A DNA stretch of 39,105 nt, from NCBI GenBank assembly GCA_902796545.1, contig CADBPF010000010.1:1-39105 (forward strand), given 5' to 3'. The DNA is from an uncultured Ruminococcus sp. Lineage in GTDB: Bacteria; Bacillota; Clostridia; Oscillospirales; SIG627. Positions 30,241 to 38,993 of the stretch are shown here, piece by piece (the first letter of the stretch is position 1; the number at the start of each line of letters is the position of its first letter). The translations under genes were made by a program, and so were the position numbers. Under the pieces are notes generated by a model. The model was not told where the DNA came from. It ran no database searches and was given only the letters and a program-made list of their open reading frames with translations.

Positions 30241-31254
30241 TTATAAGAGCTTGACGCCGGCGCCCTCACAGGCACGGATCGTTTCCTCGTCCCAGACGGA
30301 GGACTGCACCTCGCCGACGTGCGCCTTGGCGAGCAGGAGCATACACAGTCTGCTTTGCCCGATGCCGCCGCCGATCGTGTCCGGCAAGGTCCCCGACAGC
30401 ACGAGTTTGTGGAAGTCCAGCGCCTCGCGCCTGGTTTTGCCCGACGCCGCAAGCTGGGACCGCATGGACGAAGCGTTGACGCGGATCCCCATGCTGGAGA
30501 TCTCCAGCGCGCAGCCAAGCGGCTCGAACCAGTACAACAGATCGCCGTTTAAGCTCCAATCGTCGTAATCCGGGGCGCGGCCGTCGTGCGGCTTGCCGTC
30601 GGAAAGATTTGCGCCCACGCCGATCAAAAACACGGTGCCGTATTCCTTTGCCGCGGCGTTTTCGCGCTCTTTTGCGGAAAGACCGGGATAGCGGTCAAGC
30701 AGCGTTTGCGTATCCACGAAGGTCACGGTGCGCGAAAGATTCGTCGGGATCACCGGATACGCCGCCTTCAAGGCGTCCAGCGTGTCGGCGATGCACCCCG
30801 CGATGCGGCGCACGGTATCTTTGAGCGTATCGAGCGTGCGCGTGCCGGGCGTTAAGATCTTTTCCCAGTCCCATTGGTCCACGTACACGGAGTGCAGGTT
30901 GTCCAATTCCTCGTCGCGGCGGATGGCGTTCATATCGGTATAAAGCCCTTTTCCCGCCGGAAAGCCGTATTTCCACAAGGCGAGCCGTTTCCATTTGGCA
31001 AGCGAATGGACGACTTCCGCGTCTTTTTTCGCGTCGCGGATGTCAAAGCGCACGGCGCGTTCCACGCCGTTCAAGTCGTCGTTGATCCCCGTGCCGCACT
31101 CCACGAACAAGGGGGCGGAAACGCGCGTCAGATCCAGTTCTTCGCACAGGCGCGTTTCAAAGGTCTTTTTCACCAGACTGATCGCCGCCTGCGTTTCAAA
31201 CAGACTTAGTCCCGCGTTTGCCCGATACCCCGCCGGGAAAGCCGTTTTCGACAT
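30241..31254 (-). CDS. asnA: Aspartate--ammonia ligase
   Basis: DDLNGVER, VHSLAKWKR, HSVYVDQWDWE, RAPDYDDW, TIGGGIGQSR; promoter TTTACA-17-TATAAT at 31283-31311. Confidence 0.97.
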   Translation of the reverse strand: MSKTAFPAGYRANAGLSLFETQAAISLVKKTFETRLCEELDLTRVSAPLFVECGTGINDDLNGVERAVRFDIRDAKKDAEVVHSLAKWKRLALWKYGFPAGKGLYTDMNAIRRDEELDNLHSVYVDQWDWEKILTPGTRTLDTLKDTVRRIAGCIADTLDALKAAYPVIPTNLSRTVTFVDTQTLLDRYPGLSAKERENAAAKEYGTVFLIGVGANLSDGKPHDGRAPDYDDWSLNGDLLYWFEPLGCALEISSMGIRVNASSMRSQLAASGKTRREALDFHKLVLSGTLPDTIGGGIGQSRLCMLLLAKAHVGEVQSSVWDEETIRACEGAGVKLL

Positions 31255-31369
31255 CCTGCCACCTCCGAAAAAATTTTTTGCCATTATAGCACTTTTCTTC
31301 CGTCCTGTAAAGACTTTTTTTCGTTTTGCATATCCTGTTTATCAGGACGTGTAAGGGAAAGGAGAAACC

Positions 31370-31567
31370 ATGAAAAAACCGTGTTTTGATCCGAAAAAGA
31401 CCGTATATCTGCGCGCGAGTGCGCGCTATTGCGACGGTTTTCCCGTCCCCGGGCGCTTTCATCGCGCGCCGCAGCGGATCCTGTCGGTCACAAACCGGCG
31501 CGCGCTCTTATATCCCCTGATGCGGACCGTGCCGCTATCCGCTCTTTGCAAAACGAAAGATCTGTGA
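31370..31567 (+). CDS. Small protein, possible stand-alone SH3-like domain
   Basis: Strong RBS AAAGGAG shortly before ATG; fills the intergenic gap; residue pattern resembles SH3-like cell-wall-binding modules. Confidence 0.55.
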   Translation: MKKPCFDPKKTVYLRASARYCDGFPVPGRFHRAPQRILSVTNRRALLYPLMRTVPLSALCKTKDL

Positions 31568-31594
31568 TATACTCTTAAGAAAAAGGAGGCGGAC

Positions 31595-32431
31595 ATGGGT
31601 TTGAAAAACACGCGGTTTTACCGCTTTGTTTCCAGGGCTTTCGCGCGGATGCGCGAAGAGCGGATCGATCTGTATTCCGCGCACGCCGCCTTTTTCCTCG
31701 TGATCAGTATGATCCCGCTTCTGATGCTCCTGATCACGCTGTTCCAGATCTTCTTCCCCGCCACGGAGGAAACGCTCACCGTAGAGGTATTAGGCGCGCT
31801 GCCGGAGAGCTTCCGCAACTTTTTTCAGATCATTTTAAGCGAGCTTTTTTCCAAAAAGACCGTGCCGATCATCTCCGTTTCGGCGCTGATCCTCTTGTGG
31901 TCCGCCTCGCGCGGGGTCTTGTCCGTGATGCGGGGGCTCAGGCACATCTATCGCGCAAAGTCCTTACAGTTTTACCGCGAGCGGGTGCGCGCGCTGGTCT
32001 ATACCGTGGCGCTCGTGCTCACGCTGTTATTTGCGCTGGTGGTGCTCGTGTTCGGCGATACGGTGCTCAATTTCATTTTATCCAACGTGCCCTGGCTGGA
32101 AAGCTCGTCGGCGCTCATCATCGCGGCGAAATTCCTCGTTTCCGCGCTTTTAATCTCGCTGTTTTCGATCCTGATCTACACCTCCATGGCGCCGAAGCCC
32201 TACAATACCCTGCGCGTGCAGTTTCCCGGAGCGCTCTTCACCGCGGCGGGCTGGATCCTCTTTTCCACGGGCTTTTCTTTATATATCAACAACTTTTCCA
32301 ATTACTCCTATATCTACGGCTCGCTTGCCGCGATCATTCTGTTGATGCTCTGGCTTTATATCTGTATGTGGCTCTTGTTTTTGGGCGCCGTTATCAACAG
32401 CATCCTCTACCGGCGAAAAAACGGAAACTGA
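31595..32431 (+). CDS. YihY/BrkB family membrane protein
   Basis: AFFLVISMIP, LWSASRG, PGALF, YSYIYGSLAAIILLMLWLY; AAGGAGG RBS. Confidence 0.92.
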   Translation: MGLKNTRFYRFVSRAFARMREERIDLYSAHAAFFLVISMIPLLMLLITLFQIFFPATEETLTVEVLGALPESFRNFFQIILSELFSKKTVPIISVSALILLWSASRGVLSVMRGLRHIYRAKSLQFYRERVRALVYTVALVLTLLFALVVLVFGDTVLNFILSNVPWLESSSALIIAAKFLVSALLISLFSILIYTSMAPKPYNTLRVQFPGALFTAAGWILFSTGFSLYINNFSNYSYIYGSLAAIILLMLWLYICMWLLFLGAVINSILYRRKNGN

Positions 32432-32435
32432 ATTC

Positions 32436-32465
32436 AAAACGCTCTGCAAAAGCAGAGCGTTTTTT
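32436..32465. terminator. Bidirectional intrinsic terminator
   Basis: AAAACGCTCTGC-AAAA-GCAGAGCGTTTT. Confidence 0.85.
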
Positions 32466-32470
32466 GATCG

Positions 32471-33106
32471 TTACGGTATCGATTCTCCGGTGGGCAAAAA
32501 GCGTTGTTCCAACAGTTCCGGTACCAGTTCCCCGGCGGACAATTCGCCAAGCGAGGCGATCAGATCCGGCGCGTCGGCAAGACGGACGGAAAACGTGTGC
32601 GTGACGCGCTCGGCAAAAACGCTGTCCAGCACCTTTGCGCCGCGCTTTTTGAGTTCCTGCTCCACGCGGCTTTGGCGCGCGTAAGGCAGGGTGATCCGAT
32701 ACACGCCGCACGATTCGCAGCGCACCGTACCCGCGTTTTCGATCGCCGAAAGCGCCGCCGCGGAATAGGCGCGCGCAAGCGGCCCCGCGCCGAGCAGCGT
32801 GCCGCCGAAATAGCGCACGATCACCACACACACGTTGGATAACCCGGCCTGTTTGATCGCGGTAAGCACGCGCGCGCCGCCCGTGCCCTGGGGCTCGCCG
32901 TCGTCGCTCATACGCTCCTTTGCGCCGAAATCGACCGTATAGGCGTAAACGTGGTGCCGCGCATCCGGGTGGAGCCTGCGCAAATCTTCCACGAACCCGA
33001 TCGCGTCCGCTTCCGAAAAAACGGGGCGCGCAAATCCCAAAAAACGGGATCTTTTTTCCTCGTAAACCCCCTCGCCCTCGCGGGCGACGGTGTAAAACGC
33101 ATCCAT
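32471..33106 (-). CDS. yigZ: YigZ/IMPACT family protein
   Basis: EKRSRF, ARHHVYAY, SDDGEPQGTGG, VRYFGGTLLG; TGATG coupling to the topoisomerase B gene. Confidence 0.92.
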   Translation of the reverse strand: MDAFYTVAREGEGVYEEKRSRFLGFARPVFSEADAIGFVEDLRRLHPDARHHVYAYTVDFGAKERMSDDGEPQGTGGARVLTAIKQAGLSNVCVVIVRYFGGTLLGAGPLARAYSAAALSAIENAGTVRCESCGVYRITLPYARQSRVEQELKKRGAKVLDSVFAERVTHTFSVRLADAPDLIASLGELSAGELVPELLEQRFLPTGESIP

Positions 33107-35223
33107 CAGATATCCGCCAGGGCGAGATATTCGTGCCCGTGCTCCTCGATATACTTTTTGCGGCCGATCAGATCGTCCCCGAGCAGGATATTGAACAGCT
33201 CGTAGGTCTTCCGCTCGTCCTCCGGCAGGATGCGCACGAGTCTGCGCGTGGCGGGGTTCATCGTGGTGCGCCACATCATATCCGGCTCGTTTTCGCCCAG
33301 CCCCTTGGAGCGCTGGATCGTATATTTCTGGTCCTCGAGCGTTTCCAGGATCTCCGCTTTTTCGCTTTCGTTATAGGCAAACAGCGTGTCGGTCTTGGTG
33401 TTGATCTCGTAAAGCGGGCTTTCCGCGATATACACGCGCCCCTCGCGGATCAGGCTCGGGAGCAGGCGGTAGAACATAGTCAAGATCAGCGTGCGGATCT
33501 GGAAGCCGTCCACGTCCGCGTCGGTGCAGAGGATGATCTTGCTCCATTTCAGATCCTCCGGCTTGAAATCGGTAAACTCGCGATTGGATTTGGTATGGAT
33601 CTCCACGCCGCAGCCGATCACGCGCAAGAGATCCACGATGATCTCGCTTTTGAAGATCTTGTCGTAGCCGGTTTTCAGGCAGTTGAGCGTTTTGCCGCGC
33701 ACGGGGATGATCGCCTGGAATTCCGCGTCGCGCCCGAGTTTGCAGCTGGTGAGCGCGCTGTCGCCCTCGACGATGAAGAGCTCCCTTCTCTGCGGGTCGC
33801 GCGAGCGGCAGCCGGCGAATTTTTCCACGCGGTTGGAAATATCCAGCGTGGCGCTCAATTTTTTCTTGATATTGATGCGCGCGTTTTCGGCGCTCTCGCG
33901 GCTGCGCTTATTGACCATGACCTGCGTTGCGATGCGCTCCGCGTCCGCCGGGTGCTCGGCAAAATAGACCTCTAAATTGTGCAAAAAGAACTCGGTCATC
34001 GCCTCGGCGATGAAGGGGTTGGTCACGCTCTTTTTGGTCTGATGCTCAAAGGAAATATAGGTGGAAAAACAGTTCGTGACCAAAATCAGGCAGTCTTCCA
34101 CGTCCTGATAGGTGATCTTCTGCTCGGTCTTATTATATTTATTGTTCGATTTGAGATAATTGTCGATCGCGCGGGTAAAGGCGCTCTTGACCGCCTTTTC
34201 CGGCGCGCCGCCGTGCTCCAGGTTCGACGAATTGTGATAGTATTCAACAAAGCTCTTCGCGTTGGAAAAACACAGAGCGGAAGAGATATAAAGCTCGTAT
34301 TCCGGCTGATCCTCGCGGTCGCGGCCGCGGCGCTCCGTTTCCCAGAACACGGGTAAGGTAAGCGTTTTGCCCGCGCGTTTTTTCTTCTTTTTGCCTTTTT
34401 CGCCATCGAACTCGTCGTCTTCCTCGCCCGATTCCGCGGCGATCTGCTCATCCAGTTCCGCCTCTTCCTGCGCGGCTTTTTCGGCTTCCTCGTCCTCTGC
34501 GTCAAGATCGCCCGCGATCTCTTTGACGTAATCCAAAATGCCGTTCTGGTAAAAGAAGCTCGCCGTTTCGTTCTTCGATCCGACCACTTCCCATTCCAGA
34601 TTCAAGGTCAGCCCCGCGTTCACGACCGCCTGGCGCTTCAAGATCTCGAGATAGTATTCTTTTGGGATCGCGATATCGGTAAAGACCTCTAAATCCGGTT
34701 TCCAGCGGATCACGGTGCCGGTGCGGCGGTGCGGGAAGGGCTTGACGGAAAGCTTCGACGCCGGATTGCCCTTTTTGAACTCGATATGCGACTCGTTGCC
34801 GCCGGAATAGACGGTCACGTTCATATATTCCGAGCTGTACTGCGTGGCGCAGGCGCCGAGCCCGTTGAGCCCGAGCGAAAAGCGATAGGTGCCGCCGGAG
34901 CGGTTATCGTACTTACTGCCCGCGTACAATTCGCAGAATACGAGCTCCCAGTTATAGCGTTTTTCCTTTTCGTTATAACCGAGCGGGATGCCGCGCCCGA
35001 AATCCTCCACCTCGATCGAGTGATCCGCGAACACGCGCACGTTGATCACCTTGCCGAAGCCCTCGCGGGATTCGTCGATGGAGTTGGACAAGATCTCGAA
35101 AAACGCCTGCTCGCAGCCCTCCAGCCCGTCGGACCCGAGCATGACGCCCGGACGCTTGCGGACCCGGTCCGCGCCCTTTAATTGCTGGATGCTTTGCTCG
35201 TTATACGCCGCACGTTCTGCCAT
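33106..35223 (-). CDS. Type IIA topoisomerase subunit B (ParE/GyrB-like)
   Basis: VRKRPG, EILSNSIDE, DFGRGIP, GLNGLG, TOPRIM EGDSA, PVRGK, DADVDG, KGLGE; AAGGAG upstream of ATG 35223. Confidence 0.93.
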   Translation of the reverse strand: MAERAAYNEQSIQQLKGADRVRKRPGVMLGSDGLEGCEQAFFEILSNSIDESREGFGKVINVRVFADHSIEVEDFGRGIPLGYNEKEKRYNWELVFCELYAGSKYDNRSGGTYRFSLGLNGLGACATQYSSEYMNVTVYSGGNESHIEFKKGNPASKLSVKPFPHRRTGTVIRWKPDLEVFTDIAIPKEYYLEILKRQAVVNAGLTLNLEWEVVGSKNETASFFYQNGILDYVKEIAGDLDAEDEEAEKAAQEEAELDEQIAAESGEEDDEFDGEKGKKKKKRAGKTLTLPVFWETERRGRDREDQPEYELYISSALCFSNAKSFVEYYHNSSNLEHGGAPEKAVKSAFTRAIDNYLKSNNKYNKTEQKITYQDVEDCLILVTNCFSTYISFEHQTKKSVTNPFIAEAMTEFFLHNLEVYFAEHPADAERIATQVMVNKRSRESAENARINIKKKLSATLDISNRVEKFAGCRSRDPQRRELFIVEGDSALTSCKLGRDAEFQAIIPVRGKTLNCLKTGYDKIFKSEIIVDLLRVIGCGVEIHTKSNREFTDFKPEDLKWSKIILCTDADVDGFQIRTLILTMFYRLLPSLIREGRVYIAESPLYEINTKTDTLFAYNESEKAEILETLEDQKYTIQRSKGLGENEPDMMWRTTMNPATRRLVRILPEDERKTYELFNILLGDDLIGRKKYIEEHGHEYLALADI

Positions 35224-35250
35224 GAGATACGGTTTCTCCTTCGTGTTTTC

Positions 35251-35279
35251 AAAAAAAGGCAACTTGCGTTGCCTTTTTT
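35251..35279 (-). terminator. Intrinsic terminator after fba
   Basis: AAAAAAGGCAAC-TTGC-GTTGCCTTTTTT. Confidence 0.75.
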
Positions 35280-35286
35280 CTTTCCG

Positions 35287-36216
35287 TTACGCTTTGTTTT
35301 CGCTGCCCAATACCGTGGTGATCTTATGCTTCACAAGGTCGCGCACGTTATTGCGCGCTTCGGCAAGATAGGTGCGCGGATCGAATACGGAAGGATCGTC
35401 GGTCAACACCTTGCGCACGCCCGCGGTGAATGCCAAGCGGATATCGGAATCGATATTGATCTTGCAGACCGCCATGGTCGCCGCTTTTCTTAACATATCC
35501 TCCGGAACGCCCATCGCGCCGCCCAAGGCGCCGCCGTTTGCGTTGATGATATCGACGTATTCCTTGGAAACGCTGGACGCGCCGTGGAGCACGATCGGGA
35601 ATTCCGGCAGTCTGCGGCCGACTTCTTCCAGAATATCGAAACGCAGTTTCGGCTCGGATTTGAACTTATAGGCGCCGTGGCTCGTGCCGATGGCGATGGC
35701 AAGCGAATCCACGCCCGTGCGGGTCACGAATTCCTCGACCTCGTTGGGATCAGTGTAAAGCGCGTCTTCGGCGGAAACTTTCACGTCGTCCTCCACGCCC
35801 GCGAGCTTGCCGAGTTCGCCTTCCACGGTGATGCCGCGCTCGTGCGCGTATTCACAGACCTTTTTGGTCACGGCGATATTGTCCTCGAAGGAAAAACGGC
35901 TGCCGTCGATCATCACGGAGGTGAACCCGTCGTCGATGCAGGCTTTGCAGATCTCGAAATCCGCGCCGTGGTCGAGATGCAGGGCAAATTCGATCTTGGA
36001 ATCCAGTTCCGCCGCGCGGGCAAGCGCTTTCAGATATTCGCTTTTCGCGTATTTTCTCGCGCCCGCGGAGACCTGCAGGATCACCGGGCTGTTGAGTTCG
36101 CCCGCTGCTTCCGCGATCGCCTGGATGATCTCCATGTTATTGATGTTGAAGGCGCCGATGGCGTATCCGCCGGCGTAGGCTTTTTTGAACATTTCTTTGG
36201 TGTTGACAAGTGCCAT
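35287..36216 (-). CDS. fba: Class II fructose-1,6-bisphosphate aldolase
   Basis: AFNINN, LHLDHG, SVMIDGS, VEGELG, GTSHGAYK, VLHGAS, KINIDSD. Confidence 0.97.
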   Translation of the reverse strand: MALVNTKEMFKKAYAGGYAIGAFNINNMEIIQAIAEAAGELNSPVILQVSAGARKYAKSEYLKALARAAELDSKIEFALHLDHGADFEICKACIDDGFTSVMIDGSRFSFEDNIAVTKKVCEYAHERGITVEGELGKLAGVEDDVKVSAEDALYTDPNEVEEFVTRTGVDSLAIAIGTSHGAYKFKSEPKLRFDILEEVGRRLPEFPIVLHGASSVSKEYVDIINANGGALGGAMGVPEDMLRKAATMAVCKINIDSDIRLAFTAGVRKVLTDDPSVFDPRTYLAEARNNVRDLVKHKITTVLGSENKA

Positions 36217-36246
36217 AATCGTTCCCCTTTTTATCCTTGAATATTT

Positions 36247-37377
36247 TTACAAGCAAATCACGCGTTTGATCGCGCTGTCGGCAAATTTGAGTTCCACGGC
36301 GCTTTCCAGGTCCGCAAGATAATACGCGACGCCTTTTTTCTGCGCCTGCTTCGACTGGAGCACTTTCGCGCCCGCGTTGGACAAAAGCGCGTCGAAATCG
36401 AGTGCTTCGGTTGCAATGATCGCCACGCGCGCGTTTCCTTGGCGCTCCATGGACAGATTCGGCAGATTGACGGAATTTTTCACGTTGCCGTTTTCGAGAT
36501 AATCCTTGAGTTCGCGCGCCGCCATGACCGCGCAGTTATCCTCGCTTTCCGGAGTGGAGGCGCCCAGATGCGGGATCGCGATCACGCCGGGCTTGCCCAA
36601 AACGGCCGCGGTCGGAAAATCGGTCACGTAAGCGGCGACCTTGCCGCTTTCCAGCGCCGGGATCAGCTCCTCGGCACACGCGAGATCCGCGCGGGAAAGA
36701 TTCAAGATGCGCACGCCGTCGCGCATTTTGGCGATATTTGCCTTGCCGATGATGCCGCGGTTTTCCGGCGTGGACGGAATGTGATAGGTGATATAGTCGC
36801 ACAAGGGATACAATTCGTCGAGCGTGTCCGCGCGGCACACGTTTTCATCAAATTCCTTTGCCGCTTCGTCGGACAAAAACGGATCGTAGCCGACGACCTT
36901 CATGCCGAGCGCGACGGCGGCTTTGGTGACTTTTCTGCCGATCGCGCCGCCGAAGCCGACCACGCCCAAGGTCTTGCCCGCGATCTCCGGGCCGACGAAG
37001 GCGCTCTTGCCTTTTTCCACGGCGGCGGGCACGTCGTCGGAAAGCGTGTTCGCCCAAAGGATCCCGTCCACGATCTTGCGCGAGGCAAGCAGCAGCGCGC
37101 AGACGGCGAGCTCCTTGACCGCGTTCGCGTTCGCGCCCGGGGTGTTGAACACGCACACTCCCTCTTCGGTGCAACGGTCGATCGGGATATTGTTCACGCC
37201 GGCGCCCGCGCGAGCGATGGCGCGCAGCGAGGCCGGAAAGACCTCGTCGTGCAAAGCGGCGCTGCGCACGAGGATCGCGTCGTAATCCGCGACCTGCTCG
37301 GACGCCTGATACCGTTCGGCGGGCAGTTCCCTCAAGCCCACCTTGGCGATCTTATTATACAATTTGACCTGATACAT
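36247..37377 (-). CDS. serA: D-3-phosphoglycerate dehydrogenase
   Basis: RAGAGVNNI, NTPGANANAV, PHLGAST; directly downstream of serC. Confidence 0.92.
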   Translation of the reverse strand: MYQVKLYNKIAKVGLRELPAERYQASEQVADYDAILVRSAALHDEVFPASLRAIARAGAGVNNIPIDRCTEEGVCVFNTPGANANAVKELAVCALLLASRKIVDGILWANTLSDDVPAAVEKGKSAFVGPEIAGKTLGVVGFGGAIGRKVTKAAVALGMKVVGYDPFLSDEAAKEFDENVCRADTLDELYPLCDYITYHIPSTPENRGIIGKANIAKMRDGVRILNLSRADLACAEELIPALESGKVAAYVTDFPTAAVLGKPGVIAIPHLGASTPESEDNCAVMAARELKDYLENGNVKNSVNLPNLSMERQGNARVAIIATEALDFDALLSNAGAKVLQSKQAQKKGVAYYLADLESAVELKFADSAIKRVICL

Positions 37378-37394
37378 GATGATCCCTCAAACGT

Positions 37395-38477
37395 TTACGC
37401 GTTTTCTTTGGCGAATTTTTGCATGAAGTCCACGAGCTTCTCCACGCCCTCGATCGGCATGGCGTTGTAGATCGAGGCGCGCATCCCGCCGACGGAGCGG
37501 TGGCCTTTCAGGCTCAAAAGCCCTTCCTTTGCCGCCTCGGCGCAGAAAAGCTTGTCCTTTTCCTCGTCGCCGGTGACGAAGGTCACGTTCATCATGGAGC
37601 GGCAGGACTTGTCCGCTTTCGCTTTGTAAAAGCTCTGGCTGTCGAGATAATCGTACAAAAGCGCGGCTTTTTTCTCGTTGATCGCTTTGCGCGCCGAAAG
37701 CCCGCCGGTCGATAAGAGCCAGTCGAACACGAGCCCCGCGATATAGATCGCGTAGCACGGCGGCGTGTTATACATGGAATTATTATCCGCCATGGTCTGA
37801 TAGTCGAGCATCACGGGCGTGCAGGGCAGCGACGCGCCGAGAAGATCCTCGCGCACGATCACGACGGTCAGCCCCGCGGGCGCCATGTTCTTCTGCGCGC
37901 CGGCGTAGATCACGCCGAATTTCGATACGTCCACCGGCTCGGACAGGATGCAGGACGACAGATCCGCGACGAGCGGAACGTCGCCCGTGTCCGGGATATA
38001 CGGGTATTTCGTGCCGAAGATCGTATTGTTGAAGCAGATATGCGCGTACGACGCGTCGGCGCTGAAATCCCCGCGCTTGACCTCGGGGATCTTGGAAAAG
38101 CCGTTATCCTCCCCCGACGCGACCAAGCGGATATCGCCGTACTTCTGCGCTTCTTTATAGGCTTTTTTGGAAAACTGACCGGAAACGATATAATCCGCTT
38201 TGCCGGTCTTGCCGATCAGATTCAGCGGCACCGCCGCAAACTGGGTGGAGGCGCCGCCCTGCAAAAACAGGATCTTATAGTTGTCCGGGATCTGCATGAG
38301 TTCGCGCAAGGACGCAAACGCGGCGGTGATGATCGCGTCGTACTGCTTGCTGCGATGGCTCATCTCCATCACGGACATCCCGGAGCCCTGATAATCCGTC
38401 ATCTCGCGCGCCGCCTGCTCGAGGACGGGCAGAGGCAGCATGGACGGACCGGCGGAAAAATTATAAACGCGTGCCAA
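37395..38477 (-). CDS. serC: Phosphoserine aminotransferase
   Basis: NFSAGP, EMSHRS, QGGAS, AGAQKN, YNTPP, GHRSVGG; TTG start after AAGGAG; promoter TTGACG-17-TAAGAT at 38515-38543. Confidence 0.97.
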   Translation of the reverse strand: MARVYNFSAGPSMLPLPVLEQAAREMTDYQGSGMSVMEMSHRSKQYDAIITAAFASLRELMQIPDNYKILFLQGGASTQFAAVPLNLIGKTGKADYIVSGQFSKKAYKEAQKYGDIRLVASGEDNGFSKIPEVKRGDFSADASYAHICFNNTIFGTKYPYIPDTGDVPLVADLSSCILSEPVDVSKFGVIYAGAQKNMAPAGLTVVIVREDLLGASLPCTPVMLDYQTMADNNSMYNTPPCYAIYIAGLVFDWLLSTGGLSARKAINEKKAALLYDYLDSQSFYKAKADKSCRSMMNVTFVTGDEEKDKLFCAEAAKEGLLSLKGHRSVGGMRASIYNAMPIEGVEKLVDFMQKFAKENA

Positions 38478-38634
38478 AAAAGAACATCTCCTTATTGTAA
38501 ATTCAATTTGTTATATCTTATACTTTTTTTCGGATTTCGTCAAGTCCAAAGCCGAAGAAACGTCGATTTGCCACAAAAGAAAAACGGCAAACCGGATTTC
38601 TTTGCCGAATGTGGCGAAGATCAGCGGAAAACAC

Positions 38635-38663
38635 TTGATTTTTTCGCCCGCCGTCCGTATAAT
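38635..38663 (+). promoter_or_regulatory. Sigma-A promoter for the tRNA
   Basis: TTGATT-17-TATAAT, 12 nt before tRNA position 1. Confidence 0.85.
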
Positions 38664-38675
38664 GAGACCGTACCC

Positions 38676-38752
38676 GCCCTCGTAGCCCAGCTGTATAGAG
38701 CGACCGCCTCCTAAGCGGTAGGCCGGCGGTTAGAATCCGCCCGGGGGCGCCA
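38676..38752 (+). tRNA. tRNA-Arg(CCT)
   Basis: Cloverleaf: GCCCTCG/CGGGGGC acceptor, ACCGC-CT-CCT-AA-GCGGT anticodon arm, GGCGG/CCGCC T-stem, A20 identity base, encoded CCA. Confidence 0.93.
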
Positions 38753-38793
38753 TGAAAGAACCCTGATTTGTCTATCAAATCAGGGTTCTTTCA
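38753..38793. terminator. 18-bp perfect hairpin directly after the tRNA
   Basis: TGAAAGAACCCTGATTTG-TCTAT-CAAATCAGGGTTCTTTCA. Confidence 0.75.
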
Positions 38794-38966
38794 GTTCTAT
38801 TCGCCTGCGGCGAGTGATATTGGGCTTCGCCCAGTTATATTCGCTTCGCGAGTGATATTGCGCTTCGCGCAGTTAAAAGGAGAATAGAATATCACTTCTC
38901 GCGTCAGCGAGAAATATAACTGTCCCGAAGGGACAATATAACTGCCGCCATAGCGGCAATATAACT
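38793..38966. repeat. Array of mini-hairpins separated by 9-nt linkers in two inverted arms
   Basis: Four AGTKMTATT linkers with 4 hairpins, then four AATATMACT linkers with 3 hairpins. Confidence 0.85.
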
Positions 38967-38993
38967 TGAAAAAACACATTTATATGTTAAAAT
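38966..38993 (+). promoter_or_regulatory. Possible sigma-A promoter facing out of the window
   Basis: TTGAAA-16-TAAAAT with extended TG. Confidence 0.5.

Noticed and set aside
38793-38966. CRISPR array interpretation of the linker/hairpin repeats
   Set aside because: Repeats are only 9 nt, the intervening units are 9-16-nt palindromes, orientation flips midway, and no cas genes are in the window
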